In this document: one piece after another, positions 26,291 through 39,829 of the stretch | Position numbering within the stretch: position 1 is the first letter of the stretch | Layout of the letters: each line of letters begins with the position of its first letter | DNA from: Octopus sinensis | Lineage: Eukaryota | Assembly: GCF_006345805.1 (NCBI RefSeq) | Contig: NC_043011.1 | Span: 56,618,464 to 56,682,463, forward strand | Reading direction: 5' to 3' | Length of the DNA stretch: 64,000 nt | Notes under the pieces: model-generated | The model's input: the letters and a program-made list of their open reading frames with translations, nothing else | The model's database searches: none | Told to the model about the DNA's origin: nothing | Position numbers and translations under genes: made by a program

Positions 26291-29200
26291 TTTTGGTGAA
26301 CAAAGGTTTGTTACAACACTTGCTTGTTTCGAAACTGGAAAAAGATTAATAAGAGAATTTGAACAAAGGCAGTGCTCCAGCATGGCCTCAGCAACTGGCT
26401 GAAACCAATGATAAAAGATAAAAAATATATAATCTCTTCTTCTTGTTCTACTTCTTTTATGGCTGCAGGCAATGTTGAATGGTTCAGATGTTTGCTTTGA
26501 AGTGTATTCTATTATAGCCATGGCTTGACCAATGCCCTGTCAATGAAATTTGGAAGATGGAAACTGAACAGAAGCCCATCATCATTGTCCTCCTCCTCCT
26601 CCTCCTCACTGCAACCACCACCACCACCACCAAATTCTGTGCCTAGAAGAATAAGTACTAGGCTTACAGAGAATAAGTCCTGGGGTCGATTTGTTCGAAT
26701 AAAGGCGGTGCTCCAGCATGGCCACAGTCAAATGGCTGAAACAAGTAAAAGAGAGTATATATAACAGGAGTGAGAAGGATGAAAGGGAACAAGGGAAAAT
26801 AAGGAGTCACATGTTGCTTTGTGTAGGAAAAGGTTTGACTATATACATTTTTGAGTTTTGCAGCTAAAACGGCTTTTTTGTAGATTAGGAAAAACATCAT
26901 ATTTAACTGACCTGGATCCGATTTCATTGATTTGGATTTTTAAAAGTTTTATGTAATTTTTCCATATTTTTCTTCATTTAAAACCATGTGCAGTTTAATG
27001 TAATGATGATGGTGATGATATGCATAAATATAGAACAGTTTCTATTTACCAAATTTTCTCAAATATATAAGTCAATCTGGGCTACAAGAGAAGATACATG
27101 TGTGAGATACTGGTCAACCTGAAGCATCAGTAAAAAGAAAATACTTGCTCAAGGTGTTTTGATCAATAAGGATTGTACTATGAACCTCATCGTTGCAGAG
27201 CAGACTTGCTAACCACAAGTGCCAGCGGCACATAAAAGGCACCATTCGAGTGTGATTGTTACCAGCGTCGCCTTACTGGTACTTGTGCCCGTGCTAGTAG
27301 GGTGCCAAGAGCACCATCCGAGCATGATCGTTGCCAGAGCAGCCAGCTGGCTTCCGTGCCAGTGGCACGTAAAAGGGCACCATTCGAGCATGATCGTTAC
27401 TAATGTTGCCTTACTGGCACCTGTGCCGATGGCATGTGTAAAAAGATTCAAGCAAGGTTGTTGCCAGTACCGCCTGACTGGCCCCGTGCCGGTGGCACGT
27501 AAAAAGCACCCACTACACTCTAGGAGTGGTTGGCATTAGGAAGGGCATCGAGCTGTAGAAACTCTGCCAGATCAAGATTGGAGCCTGGTGCAACCATCTG
27601 GTTCGCCAGCCCTCAGTCAAAATCGTCCAACCCATGCTAGCAGGAAAGCGGACGTTAAACGATGATGATGATGACAACTATATCACTAATAACAAAGAGT
27701 TTCATTTATTTTTAATTCTATCAGTTTTTGTTTGTGTTTTTCTCTTTCATTTCCTAATTAAAATGTTTCAAATTAGTATAATTTTTATATTTTATTTTAC
27801 TTTTATTTATTGTTTTTTTTTTTCATTTTTAACTTCTTTTAGTTCACATTGGTGTATATTTAAAATTTTTTTCCAACATGAGAGATTTCATCTGTAATAT
27901 AACCCTTCAAGCATTAACAGAGATCTTTCTAAAATCATTAAGAAACCCAGATTCATGGTGGGAGCAGGGATTGCAAAACGAAAATGGTTTTCTTTGTTTT
28001 TTTTTTATTTCAGGTGTAACTTAGTTAAGCTTTTTTTTCTATTAATCTGGGTAATACTGAGTACTTGCTGTTAGTATAAAGTCTGCTCTAAGCAATGAAA
28101 CATTACTCTGGAATATTATTATAATTCCAGATTGTAATTATTTCATCCAGATCTTATATATGTACACACACACATGTATATGTGTATATATGTATGTATA
28201 TGTGCAAATGTGTATATATGCATAAATATATATATGCATATATTTATATGCACACACACACACACACACACACATGTGCATACACTCAGTCATATAGCTG
28301 TAGCCATTGTATTAGTAAAAATAACATTTTCAATTAAAGTTTTTAAAATCATTTAAAATTTCTTTTGGTGAATTTTTTTTTATCATAAAATATCAACTTA
28401 CAACTTTTTGCTGCACTGAATTCAAATGATTTAATCAAAGTTTTTTTTTTTTTTTTCTGTGAAAAAATGTTCAGACTATGTTGGGAAATTATTTTGATAT
28501 TTAAAAAATTTTAAATCTGTTAAAGAAAACTTTCTGTATTTACCAGAATCTAAGACATGCTCTTGCATGAGATGCACCCCTATCTTCCAAGAATATTTTG
28601 TGGAAAAAACAAATTTAGTATGTTTTATAATACACACTTATTGAAAGATATTTTAAATTGGTTTTTCAGAGAAAATGTGTGATTCTGTGATTGTAAGTAA
28701 AATGTGACAATATACTGGAATAAGTATGAAACAGTAAATTTATCAGAAATAAAACTACATTATAGGAGCACCATATTTCAACTTTGTCTTTTTTTAGTTC
28801 ACATGGACTCACTGGGTAACTTGTTTTTGTATTTGTGTTGTCTAATTGACTAATAATAAGAAAAGAAGTGAAACAGAACCAGTGTGTGTACATGTGTATT
28901 ACTGTCATAATGACCCACCTGAGAAGCAACAATATCAATATATCATTTGTATAGATTTTACTGAAATAGAATTTGATGTGTTTGCTGACCAATAAGAATT
29001 TAATCATGAAAATTAAATTCACTGAGAACAAAACTATGGATTTCTTTAGTTTTAGGTCAAATTCTGAAGAATTCTAGCCAAATATTTGCTTGACTGACTT
29101 TAGAGCAAGTTATTGTTATATTAGAGATAGATATTTTAGCGTAAAGCAAGAAAGATAGCAAATGAAAGTCTTAGTGAATATTCCATATTAATATCTCCAT

Positions 29201-29962
29201 TTAACCAGCTTAAAACTAATGCTTCAAGCTAATTTAATAAACATTTTCTTCAGCATTTATTTCTGTCCTGGTCTCCAGTTAGTTTCTGTCTTCCACTTGT
29301 TTTAATCTCAGAATGTAATCCACAATATAATGCCGTAGGCTTTTTAAGTTGTGCCTAGAAGAGTGCCGACTATGCTGAAGCATTTTGGTAACGTTACAAT
29401 GTTATAATTGAATATATTCCACTAGAATTCTTTTGGAAATTATATTTCATTCGATTGCTATTGAAAAGGAATTATAACTGGTCGAGTTGAATAACATCTC
29501 AGACTTCCCAACCAGCTGAAAAGAATTATGGTTTTTGCTTCCTTACTGCTGCTGTTGCTCAGTATCCATGGCCAATATTTTGACTGTTTTGCCCAAGACT
29601 AGCTCTGATTGAGCCATCCAAGGATGAAAGACATTCCAAACATAACCATCCTGCCTTTTCCCCCTGGTAGTGTGTATTCAGGATTACATTATCAACTGCA
29701 TCTTTACCCTTCTAAGAGAGTAGGGTGCAACATGAGGGATATATATAGCTGTCGTTTCTGGCACATCAATGCTCTCAATGGTACAGTTCACTCAGCTGGT
29801 GATGTTTAAAGTATGAAACTGGCGTGAAAATAATTGATTCTCTTCAATTCAAACTCTGATGCTTATTTCAAAATAAAATTGTATTACAACGAACTTTATA
29901 AAATAATGCTATTTTGAAGTGAAGATTCATTGTTAATTAAATTTATGTTTTCAAATTTAAAG

Positions 29963-30290
29963 ATGAAAAAAAAAAGTGAATTCAAGTGATTATGGAGCAT
30001 GAGTTCAAAATGGAACCAAAAGCTATGGAAACAGGTCACAACATTAAGCAAGCATTTGCCCAACAGTGTATTTTTCAACTCAACATCGGTTCTAAAACTT
30101 TTGCAGTTGAGACAAGAACCTTGAAAATAAGGAAACTAAACTTGTGGATGATTTTCTTCAATTAGCAACCAGTTTAAGGTTCATTATTGGAGTAGATCCA
30201 TACAAAACAACACAAGAAGTGGTTGAAGAATTAAATGTAAGATAGTCAACTGCTGTTCAACATTTGCATCCCAACAGATAAATGGTTGCA
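29963..30290 (+). mobile_element. Mariner transposase N-terminal (HTH) pseudogene fragment
   Basis: Frameshifted translation HEFKM..KAMET.HNIKQAF...NLENKE...IIGVDPYKTTQEVVEELNV..STAVQHL resembles Hsmar1/Mos1-type N-termini. Confidence 0.75.
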
Positions 30291-30385
30291 TCCCAACAGA
30301 TAATTGGTTTGTCAGCATAAGCTGAAAAGAACCAATGTTGACAAAATCTACTCTATATGTCTTGTGGGCAATAAAAATGGTCAAA

Positions 30386-30861
30386 CGGTCTTACCAGAAC
30401 CAAGAAACAAAACAAAAATAGTGTAATAGCCATGGCCTTTAAACTATAGTGTTTGACCCGAACACAAAAGCAAAAGAAAAATAGATTAATAGGTGTAAAA
30501 CAACTTGCTCTAAACGAATATGAAAAAAAAAATGCGCTCGTGAAAGAGGTGGTGGGGGAGAGGACTCGGAAAATTCACATCGTTGGTCCATGGTCAACCC
30601 CTTTTGCGAGCGCGCATTTTTTTGTTGTCATATTCTTATAGAGCAAGTAGTTTTACACCTATTACACCATTTTTCTTTTGTTTCTTGGCTCTGGTGGGAC
30701 GGCTCGGAACATTCACGATGTGAATTTTCCGACTCCTCTCCCCCACCCCCTTTCGCGACCGCGCATTTATTTTTTTTCATATTCGTTTAGAGCAAGTTGT
30801 TTTACACCTATTACACTATTTTTCTTTTGTTTTTGTGCTCAGGTCAAATGCTTCAGTTTAA
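30386..30861. repeat. Foldback structure with three copies of a ~130-145 bp arm
   Basis: 30439-30583 is the inverse of 30715-30861; a third arm at 30596-30701 also pairs with 30386-30429. Confidence 0.85.
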
Positions 30862-32149
30862 CCATAAAAACGATCCATTTATGAAAATAGATTTTTATTA
30901 TGTTTGACAACTGTGCAGTGTCTAGATCCGTGATTCCCAACGTGGGGCAGGGCAATATTTTGGTGAGGCATACGTAAGGTTATGTACCTTTTGTACACAA
31001 TGTTTTTAGTAAACCAATTGAGAAAGGGGTCAATTCGAGAATGGGTTATAAAAAAAAATAAGAAAAGATTCTTTACATCCCTTCTGAGGACAATTTTATC
31101 AAATTTTGGACACTTCAGAGACGTTTTTATAATATTCATAAGGTCTGATGTCACTAAAGAGGGAATAGATTATTTCCTTCGATTTAGTGGTGTGTGAAAA
31201 CATGTAGGTAATTACGAACGTGTTTGTGTGCTTGTGTGTGCGTACGTGTATGTAGTATAGAAAGTACGGAAAGCGATGACATCTTAATTCCCTCTGCAGG
31301 AATAAACTGGAGACAGACTTAGTTGTACGGGTGTGTCTAAGACTCTTTTATCTCTAGGTACACAAGAAAAATGTGGTACTGTATAGCAATAAATGGTGAT
31401 CGGGATCGAGAGATGAAAGAATTGAATGGTGCGAAATGGGTTGAAATGGAGTGGAAGTAAGAGGTAGTGTCAGTGAAGGAAGAGAAAGGGGCTGAAAGAG
31501 AGAGGGGGAGAGGAGACAGACAGACAGATAGATAGATAGATAGAGAGAGAGAGAAGGAGATAGACAGATAGATATAAAGAGAGAGAGAGGTGAGAAGGAG
31601 ACAGACAGATAGATAGATACATATAAAGAGAGAGAGAGAGGCGAGAAGGAGACAGACAGACAGATAGATAGAGAGAGAAGGAGACAGACAGATAGAGAGA
31701 GAGAGAGGAGAGAATGAGACAGACAGAGAGAGAGAGAGAAGGAGGCAGACAGATAAATAGATAGATACATACATAAAGAGAGAGAAGGAGACAGATAGAT
31801 ATATATATATATAGAGAGAGAGAGAAAAGCAGACGATTGATTTATGGCGCTGGTAACGCACGATACACACGTATATATATATATGAAGAGAGATGAAAAT
31901 TAAAAGGTCATTTTATTTCCACCGGTCAGTTTGTGAATTCAACCAAAAGGTAAGAAAAAACCTTCCATCTTGGATACAAAGACTTTTTCAGCTGAGAAGA
32001 TTCACGGAATATTTTCCGTTTCTTTTTGAGCAGATTTTCCGAAAGGTTTCACTGAAATCTTTTCCAAGAAATTGTTGCCAAAATTTGCTTCAACCGAAAT
32101 TTCTTCGTGGTTTGATTCAAAGGCATAACTACAGATTTCTGCTCCACTC

Positions 32150-33745
32150 ATGACTTTGGACGATAACTTTCAGAAAAATGGATATCTTTTAATGAAATTG
32201 TCTACGAATATGTGTTATATAATGTAGATTCCGAATATACAAAATGTTTTGGGGGAAAATGTTTCAGGAGGCGTTAGGGTGGGGAAATTCGGAAATCGTC
32301 TTAACTTTCAAGAAAATGGATAAATTTTAATGAAATTCTCTAGAAATATACCTCAGACAATGTAGATTCCGAGGACATAGGAATTTTGGGGGAAGGGACC
32401 ATTGGGGTTATTTTAGAGAACTGTTCCCCGCTCGCGGGTGTTTCTGAACAAGTCGTCCATATTTGCTTCGTCTTCTCCGTTTGTGCATCTAAAGATTTCT
32501 ACTGAAGCAACAAAAAAGCAATGAAGGCAAACGAAACCCCCACCAGAAAACTCGTTATGCTTTAAAAAAACAAAAAGCTAAAGGTCTGATACACAGAAAT
32601 ATGTTATTGAGACGAATTATCTGTTGCATACGATTTTTATTCTCTTTAAGTAAATTCCCAGGTAAACGTTTCTAATTGAAAGGCAGAAGACACCAGAAGC
32701 AAAAATTGGGAATATACACGCACAGTTAAATATAGAAGTATAAAGCATAATTTGTGGATCTATTCGATTTGACGTACAGATTTTTTAATTAATTTTTTTA
32801 AAAACTAAATACTTTGAAACTTTGGATACTGGTAGAATGTGTCACATAGAACAGGGTTTGCTCTTAACGTTTTTGACAAAATTTTGTATTTTAGAAGTTA
32901 TTTCGTGTTAAAGTTGTCGTATTTTGGGTAATTTTAACCAATCAATTACGTGTATTCAGCTGAAGAAAATTACTATCCGAAGTTTCAAAATATTTAGTTA
33001 AAATTAATTAAAAAATTTGGCCGTCAAATGGAATAAATCTTAATTTGTTACATAATCTCTATAATAAACATAATATTGAATGGAACAATTCCCTGTTTGA
33101 ACTTCTTAATTCTTTATGTGTGTGTGTGGTAGAAATCTACGGATAGACAATTTCATTAAGAATATCCATTTTTCTCAAAGTTATGATCATCCAAAGTCAG
33201 AAGCGCAGAAATCTGAAGTTATGCTGATTCAAAAATACATCAAATGAGTCGTGCAAGTAAAAAAAGGTTCATCAATATTCAGAGGAATATTTAAAATTTG
33301 GATTTATACCTGCTATCCACGATAAACTGTCACCAAGTTATGGGTTTTCCTACAAATTCCGGTTAATGTTTACATCTTGACTCGAGAATGAAAATCCCAA
33401 ATGGGTATAAAACAATGTGTAGGAAACGAAAAAATGCGTGCAAAGCAACGGCAGGATGAGGAGAGGACCTCGTAACTTTTATGAAAATGGTTTTTTTTTT
33501 CAATGAAATTTGGATGATCATAACTTTCAGAAAAATGGATACTCATAATGAAATTGTCTATCTGTAAATTTCTACCACACACACACATACATACATACAT
33601 ACATGTAATTAAAAAATATCATTTCGTAATGTATGCATTTCAAACGGCATACATTATGATTCTAAAGAAATTTGTGGGGAAAATCTTTTCCAAAGGGGTG
33701 GCGAGAGGACTTCGGAAAATTCCCAAGATCCAAGTTTTTCCCTCA

Positions 33746-33808
<63 letters not shown>

Positions 33809-34185
33809 ATGTATATATAATATATGTATCTATCTATATATATGGAGAAAGTAATAATGAGTCAATGAGAATAACAACAAAAGGTTTAAAAAAACGTTAA
33901 AATAATTGAAAATGAAACAAGATTGAAGCCAAAACACTAAAAAAAATTATTGAAAGTGGGTAGAAATAAACACTACGTGTTTCTGTAGAAAGTTGAATGT
34001 GATTTCGGAATATAACGAGGAAAAATTCAGATCTTGAGAATTTTCCGAAAGTCCTCTCCTCACCCCCTTGGAAAACATTTTCCCCACAAATTTCTTTATA
34101 ATCGTAATGCATGTCATTTCAAAGGTATTTATATAAAATTTCATTGAAAAAAAAAAAACTCCATTTTCCTAAAAGTTATGAGGGA
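32150..34185. repeat. Cluster of modular direct and inverted repeats (TAACTTT..GAAAATGG..AATGAAATT module)
   Basis: Tandem modules at 32150-32400; inverted pairs 33117-33195/33508-33590 and 33630-33745/34017-34125. Confidence 0.75.
32756..33040. mobile_element. MITE with ~70 bp TIRs; related inverted copy at ~54860-55056
   Basis: TATTCGATTTGACG...TTTGAAACTTTGGATA pairs with TATCCGAAGTTTCAAA...CGTCAAATGGAATA. Confidence 0.75.
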
Positions 34186-37100
34186 AACCAAAGTACTAGT
34201 TCTAACAACATTTAGGACAACCAGAAAACCATCCAGAGGGCTGTCTTTCTGCTAGTATATTTAACTAATAAACTTCTTCAGAGATACATTTCCAGGAAGG
34301 GATGATCTGGAACCTCACCAAAAGAGGTTTTGTTTTTAAATTCTATCAAAATAATTGTAAACTACATTATTGAAAACATTTCTGCCATATTTCAGGGGGA
34401 AAAAAATGCATTTTAAAGAAAGTTACAAGGAAATAAAATCAGGATGATGGCACCAAACTACAGTCATGTTGCTGCTTGGCGCATTTCAAATATAAAATTA
34501 TGTAAAATCCAAACTGAAGATAAAATATATTTATCTCAACTACATTCTCACAGAAACATATCCAAAAAAAGAAAAAACACCATTGAGCTTGTGTTTCTCA
34601 TTGATAACCTTTATTGAATAAAGAAGTGCTTGATGATTTCTAGGGCTAAAATTATGGCGGAGTTTCAGAATAATTACTATTTCATGGAGAAGGATATAGC
34701 AAAGAATTGGATGTATTGTTTCTCCAGTTTTTATTTTTTAGATTCCCTCATTTCTTTCTATGTGAATTACAAATCTAAAAGAAATTTTTGGAAAAAAGCT
34801 TCATTTTATTTTTTCGTATTTAATCCACTTCACCTCCTTTATTTCATGTCTGTTTTCTTTCCCCAAGAGTTTGTGAGTTATTGAGCAACAAAATTATTTA
34901 TGTTTATAGACTAAACTGCATAAAAATTTCTTCTTACATACATTTTTTACTTTATGGGTGAAGTGTTATCTAAATATTTTTATTTGTTATAAAATATGTC
35001 ACCAGTAAAAAGTGGCAGTATCTTTGACCGAGCAATGTCTGATTTAACACGAAGAAACTTTCTTTGTCTTGAGAAAATTCTACCATTTGTAAAATCTGTT
35101 TACATTGAAAATACATCATTTTTTTCTTCTTTCTTTTATTTTTAATTCAATTTCTGCTCACAGAACTTATCTGGCTGCACAAAAACAATTGATAAAGCTT
35201 AATTGAGCAATTATTATAGCATTTAACTTTCTTTTCTGGACAGATATAGTTTTTGATCGTGTTCCATAAAACGGAATAAGCCACACCTGTTATATCTTTT
35301 AAATTATTGACAGCTTTAGACTTAATCTTCTCCATTTAGCAGTTATTTTCTTTTTCCTTTGATGCCAATACATTGATACTGTCCAGTGAAATATCTTAAT
35401 TATTTTCATCCATAAATGTTACTCTGTTTTCATCCACTGTGCACATCAAGCCTAGGGTAACCATATTGTTAATGATTCACAAGTTGGGTTTCAGATCCAT
35501 CAAAAATTCCTTCACATTTCTCAGTCCAACAAGGAACTCCCTTGCAGTCACTTCATTGGCTAGAAATGGCAGCCAAATAATACACTCTCCAGATCATGTT
35601 AAATTTCTGTCTGCCACTTGAAGGTTTTCAAATATTCATCAGATTTATTATCAAAAAATTAGTTCTGATGTAGTTTTGCATGGTGATAATGAAAATCACA
35701 TTGATTTTTACTAGAAATTAATAATTCTTTCTATTATTGGCACAATGCCTGAAAATTTGACAGAGAAAATTAGTTAATTATATCAATCCCAGGGTTAAGC
35801 TGGTAATTATTTTGATAAAATATCCTTCAATAAAAACATATTATAATAGCATGAAATTATAACATTAGGGTTATAAGTGAAACCAATTGACTACATAAAT
35901 ATTTTATTTCATAAATATGTATATATATTTTTTTCCAACATAAATTTTCTGAGCATTTTCCTTTTTGCATTCTTTACTACAATTTAACATGTGGAATTTT
36001 TTCTCAAGCTTTTTCACTATATACATCATCATCATCATCATCATCATCATCGTTTAACGTCTGTTCTCCATGCTAGCATGGGTTGGACGGTTCAACCGGG
36101 GTCTGGGAAGCCAGGAGGCTGCACCAGGCTCCAGTCTTATCTGGCAATGTTTCTACAGCTGGATGCCCTTCCTAACACCAACCACTCCGTGAGTGTAGTG
36201 GGTGCTTTTTACGTGCCACCTGCACAGGTGCCAGGCGAGGCTGGCAATGGCCACGGTCGGATTGGTGTATTTTATGTGCCACCGGCACGGAAGCCAGTCG
36301 TGGCGGTGCTGGCATCATATATATATATATATACAAGCACACACATATACACAGCATGCACACGCACACACATTATATAATGGGCTTCCACACAGTTTCC
36401 ATCTCCCAAATTCACTCATAGCATATTGGTCGGCCTGAGGCTATAGTTGAAGACATTTACCCAAGGTTCCACGCAAAAGGACTGAACCTGAAACCGTGTG
36501 GTTGTAAAGCAAACATCTTAACCACTGAGCCAGGCCCAGTAAAAAAAGTGTTTATCCTTTTATGATCTTCAGGAAAGGCATGAAGCTCACAGCTTCCTAC
36601 TTTGTACAAAATGGTTTAAGATGCAGTGCATAAGTTAGATACTAATGCTTGTAAATTAGTGATGGGTACAACGAGGCAAGAGATAAACAAGTCAAAATGT
36701 CAGGATGGTACTGCAGTTTCAATTCTTGGTTGAAACCACTTCACTTCTCTTATACAATTAATATATTTCTAATTAGACTTGTTATGCTTACGGCATTAAA
36801 TACATCAACTCTAATTTAACTGCTGCTTTTCATGGCAGTTGGTATCTCTGAGTACTTAACCACAGAGGTTAATATTCTTTCTTTTAATAATGCCTGAGGA
36901 ATTTACCACAATTCTCATTCACGGAGAAATAGGGGAAACGAAAGCAAAGTTATTCGTGTTCTGTTGGAAAAAAACAACATTTTTTTTTACTGAAGGGAAA
37001 CGTCTGTAAGCACAAAAAACGAATTCTATGAGCATTAGTGCATGTGTGTGTAAGAGTGTGTGTGCGAATATATATGTCTGTGTATGTGTGTGTGTATACG

Positions 37101-37616
37101 TATGTATATGTGTGTGAGTATACATACAAACACACACACATACATATATGTGTATATAGGTGCACATACATACACATATACATTTGTGTACACATATGTC
37201 CATACATTTGCATATGCATGCACACGCACATACATATATGTATGTATATATATATATATATATAAATATATATATACACACACACACCACACACATACAT
37301 AATTCACACATGTGTATATACACACATGTATGTGCACACATATACATATATATGGCAGAATCGTTAGCACGCCGGGCGAAATGCTTATCGGTATTTCGTC
37401 TGCCGCTACGTTCTGAGTTCAAATTCCGCCGAGGTCGACTTTGCCTTTCATCCTTTCGGGGTCGATTAAATAAGTACCAGTTACGTACTGGGGTCGATAT
37501 AATCGACTTAATCTGTTTTGTCTGTCATTGTCCTCTCTGTGTTTAGCCCCTTGTGGGTAGTAAAGAAAGACATATACATATATATAAATATGCACACACA
37601 TGCATATACATATATA

Positions 37617-37670
<54 letters not shown>

Positions 37671-37813
37671 GTGAAATAGACAGATGAATAATCTTGTAGT
37701 AGATTAATCAAAAGTTAACCGATACCTAGTAGCAAAAATCACAGCAGTGAACAGCACGTTGAGGTACAACCATCTGGCGTTGCAAACCGTGCGTTGGTGC
37801 GGATAATTGAAAT

Positions 37814-38250
37814 TAAAACATTATTGGTGAATTGAAGAAATGAGCTGAACGCAGATTGAACAGAAATCGTTTATTTCATTCTAACGTGTTTCGAAAGGCA
37901 CAAATTACCAAAATCCGATTGAATAATGGGACCATATTGTGTCTTTCTCTTCAGGAAGAAAAAGGAAATCCGTTGGAAAAACAAAAACAGAACAGAGGCA
38001 GAGCAAAAAACAAATCGAACTGTGCTCCTAAGAGCCAGGCTCTTAGGAGCACAGTTCGATTTGTTTTTTGTCTGCCCTGTTCTGTTTTTGTTTTTCCAAC
38101 GGATTTCCTTTTTCTTCCTGAAGAGAAAGACACAATATGTCCCATTATTCATCGGATTTTGGTAATTTGTGCCTTTCGAAACACGTGTAGAATGAAATAA
38201 AACGATTTCTGTTCAATCTGCGTTCAGCTCCATTTCTTCAATTCACCAAT

Positions 38251-38259
<9 letters not shown>
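37814..38259. repeat. Near-perfect palindrome, ~222 bp arms, 1-nt spacer at 38037
   Basis: Arms are reverse complements around CTAAGAGCC-A-GGCTCTTAG and differ only by about 7 single-base indels. Confidence 0.97.
38111..38197 (+). ncRNA. Type I hammerhead ribozyme-like motif (Penelope/retrozyme type) with intact core; inverted copy on - at ~37873-37963
   Basis: TTTCTTC-CTGAAGA-stem II (GAAAGACACAA/TTGTGCCTTTC)-GAAA-palindromic stem III ACACGTGT-cleavage triplet GTA-GAA(T)GAAA closing stem I. Confidence 0.7.
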
Positions 38260-38290
<31 letters not shown>

Positions 38291-38473
38291 ACACACACAT
38301 ATGCATACATTTGCATATGCATACACACATTCACATACACACACGTAGCTACACACACGTATCAGATAAACGATAACAGGATTGAGTCTGGTAGAAAGAG
38401 GAACAACTAATCTCTGTTAGATTGCAACTACTAATGCCACTGCATCATATTTACAAAATGACACAATGCTAGA

Positions 38474-38903
38474 CTATATATGTGTGTGTGTGTGTGTATG
38501 TATATGTGTGTGCGTGTATGTATATATGTGTGTGTATATATATGTGTGTGTATATATGTGTGTGTGTATATATGTGTGTGTATATGTGTATGTGTGTGTA
38601 TATATGTGTGTGTGTGTGTGTATATGTGTGTGTGTATATATGTGTGTGTGTATGTATATATGTGTGTGTGTGTGTATATATGTGTGTGTATGTATATATG
38701 TGTGTGTGTATATATGTGTGTGTATGTATATGTGTGTGTATATATGCGTGCGTGTGTGTATATATGTGTGTGTATGTATATATGTATGTGTGTGTGTATA
38801 TATATGTGTGTGTGTGTATGTATGTGTGTGTGTATATATATGTGTGTGTATATGTGTTTGTTTATACACATATATGTATGTATGTATGTATATATATATA
38901 TAT

Positions 38904-38970
<67 letters not shown>

Positions 38971-38988
38971 AACACACACACACACACA
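38474..38988. repeat. Compound (TG)n/(TA)n array; similar tracts at 3438-3553, 10476-10602, 17458-17640, 31500-31830, 49693-49830
   Basis: Direct inspection. Confidence 0.95.
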
Positions 38989-39829
38989 TAACCTCTATTG
39001 ATGCAATTATATATGTAATCCTTATCTTCCTTCTTAATCTTGCTTAAAACTTCAACAATACACTTGTTGTGTAGCAAAATTCTAACTTTATTTCATTTGC
39101 CCCTCAAATGTCAACACAGAAAAGATGTATTTAGTTTTTATTTTTTTAATAAAAATACGAAGGTTTTCACACTAATGTAGAATATATATTTATTTTTTTC
39201 TTCCAAGTCTGCGAGTCAAATGGTTCTTCAAATAAAATTATGCGTTATTAGAAAAAAAGAAAATGGGAAAGACAAAAAAGTGGATGATAAGTTTGAGAAG
39301 AGGAGAAACATAGTCTGTTGCGTATAACACATACATCCATGTGTGTGTGTAAGGATGTATGTGTGTATGTATATGTATATACATGCATACATACATACAT
39401 ATATACATGCTTCTATATGTATATAATGTATAAGATGTATGTATATATGTGGAAATCGACCTGGTGCATGTGTTAAGTAATAAGGCACTAAAAGTGAATG
39501 GCTCACCCCAGACACAATATATATATATATATATATATATGCAGCCACATACACATATACATACAGAAGATTCAAATAGTTGAATACATTTGATGCCATG
39601 AGGAAAAAACAAAGATGCTGAACATGACCTGTCATTGAATAATTCTGAGATTCTATTGTCTTTAATAAAACTAAACCCAGCTATGAGACAACATGGATGA
39701 TGACTTAGATGCATCAAACATCTTGCCAAAAGATTAAAGTTTTGTACCTTGTCACCAGCTCTTGGTTGGTTTGGCCAGGGGCCAGCAAGAACCTGCAGAA
39801 TATCCATGGTCTTTGCAGCCACTTACCAT

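Noticed and set aside
37856-38200. Mirror ORFs on both strands
   Set aside because: By-product of the palindrome; no recognisable protein
38431-39047. Overlapping long ORFs rich in C/V/Y/I/H/T (also at 10.5, 17.3, 37.0, 42.1 and 49.6 kb)
   Set aside because: Translations of (TG)n/(TA)n microsatellites
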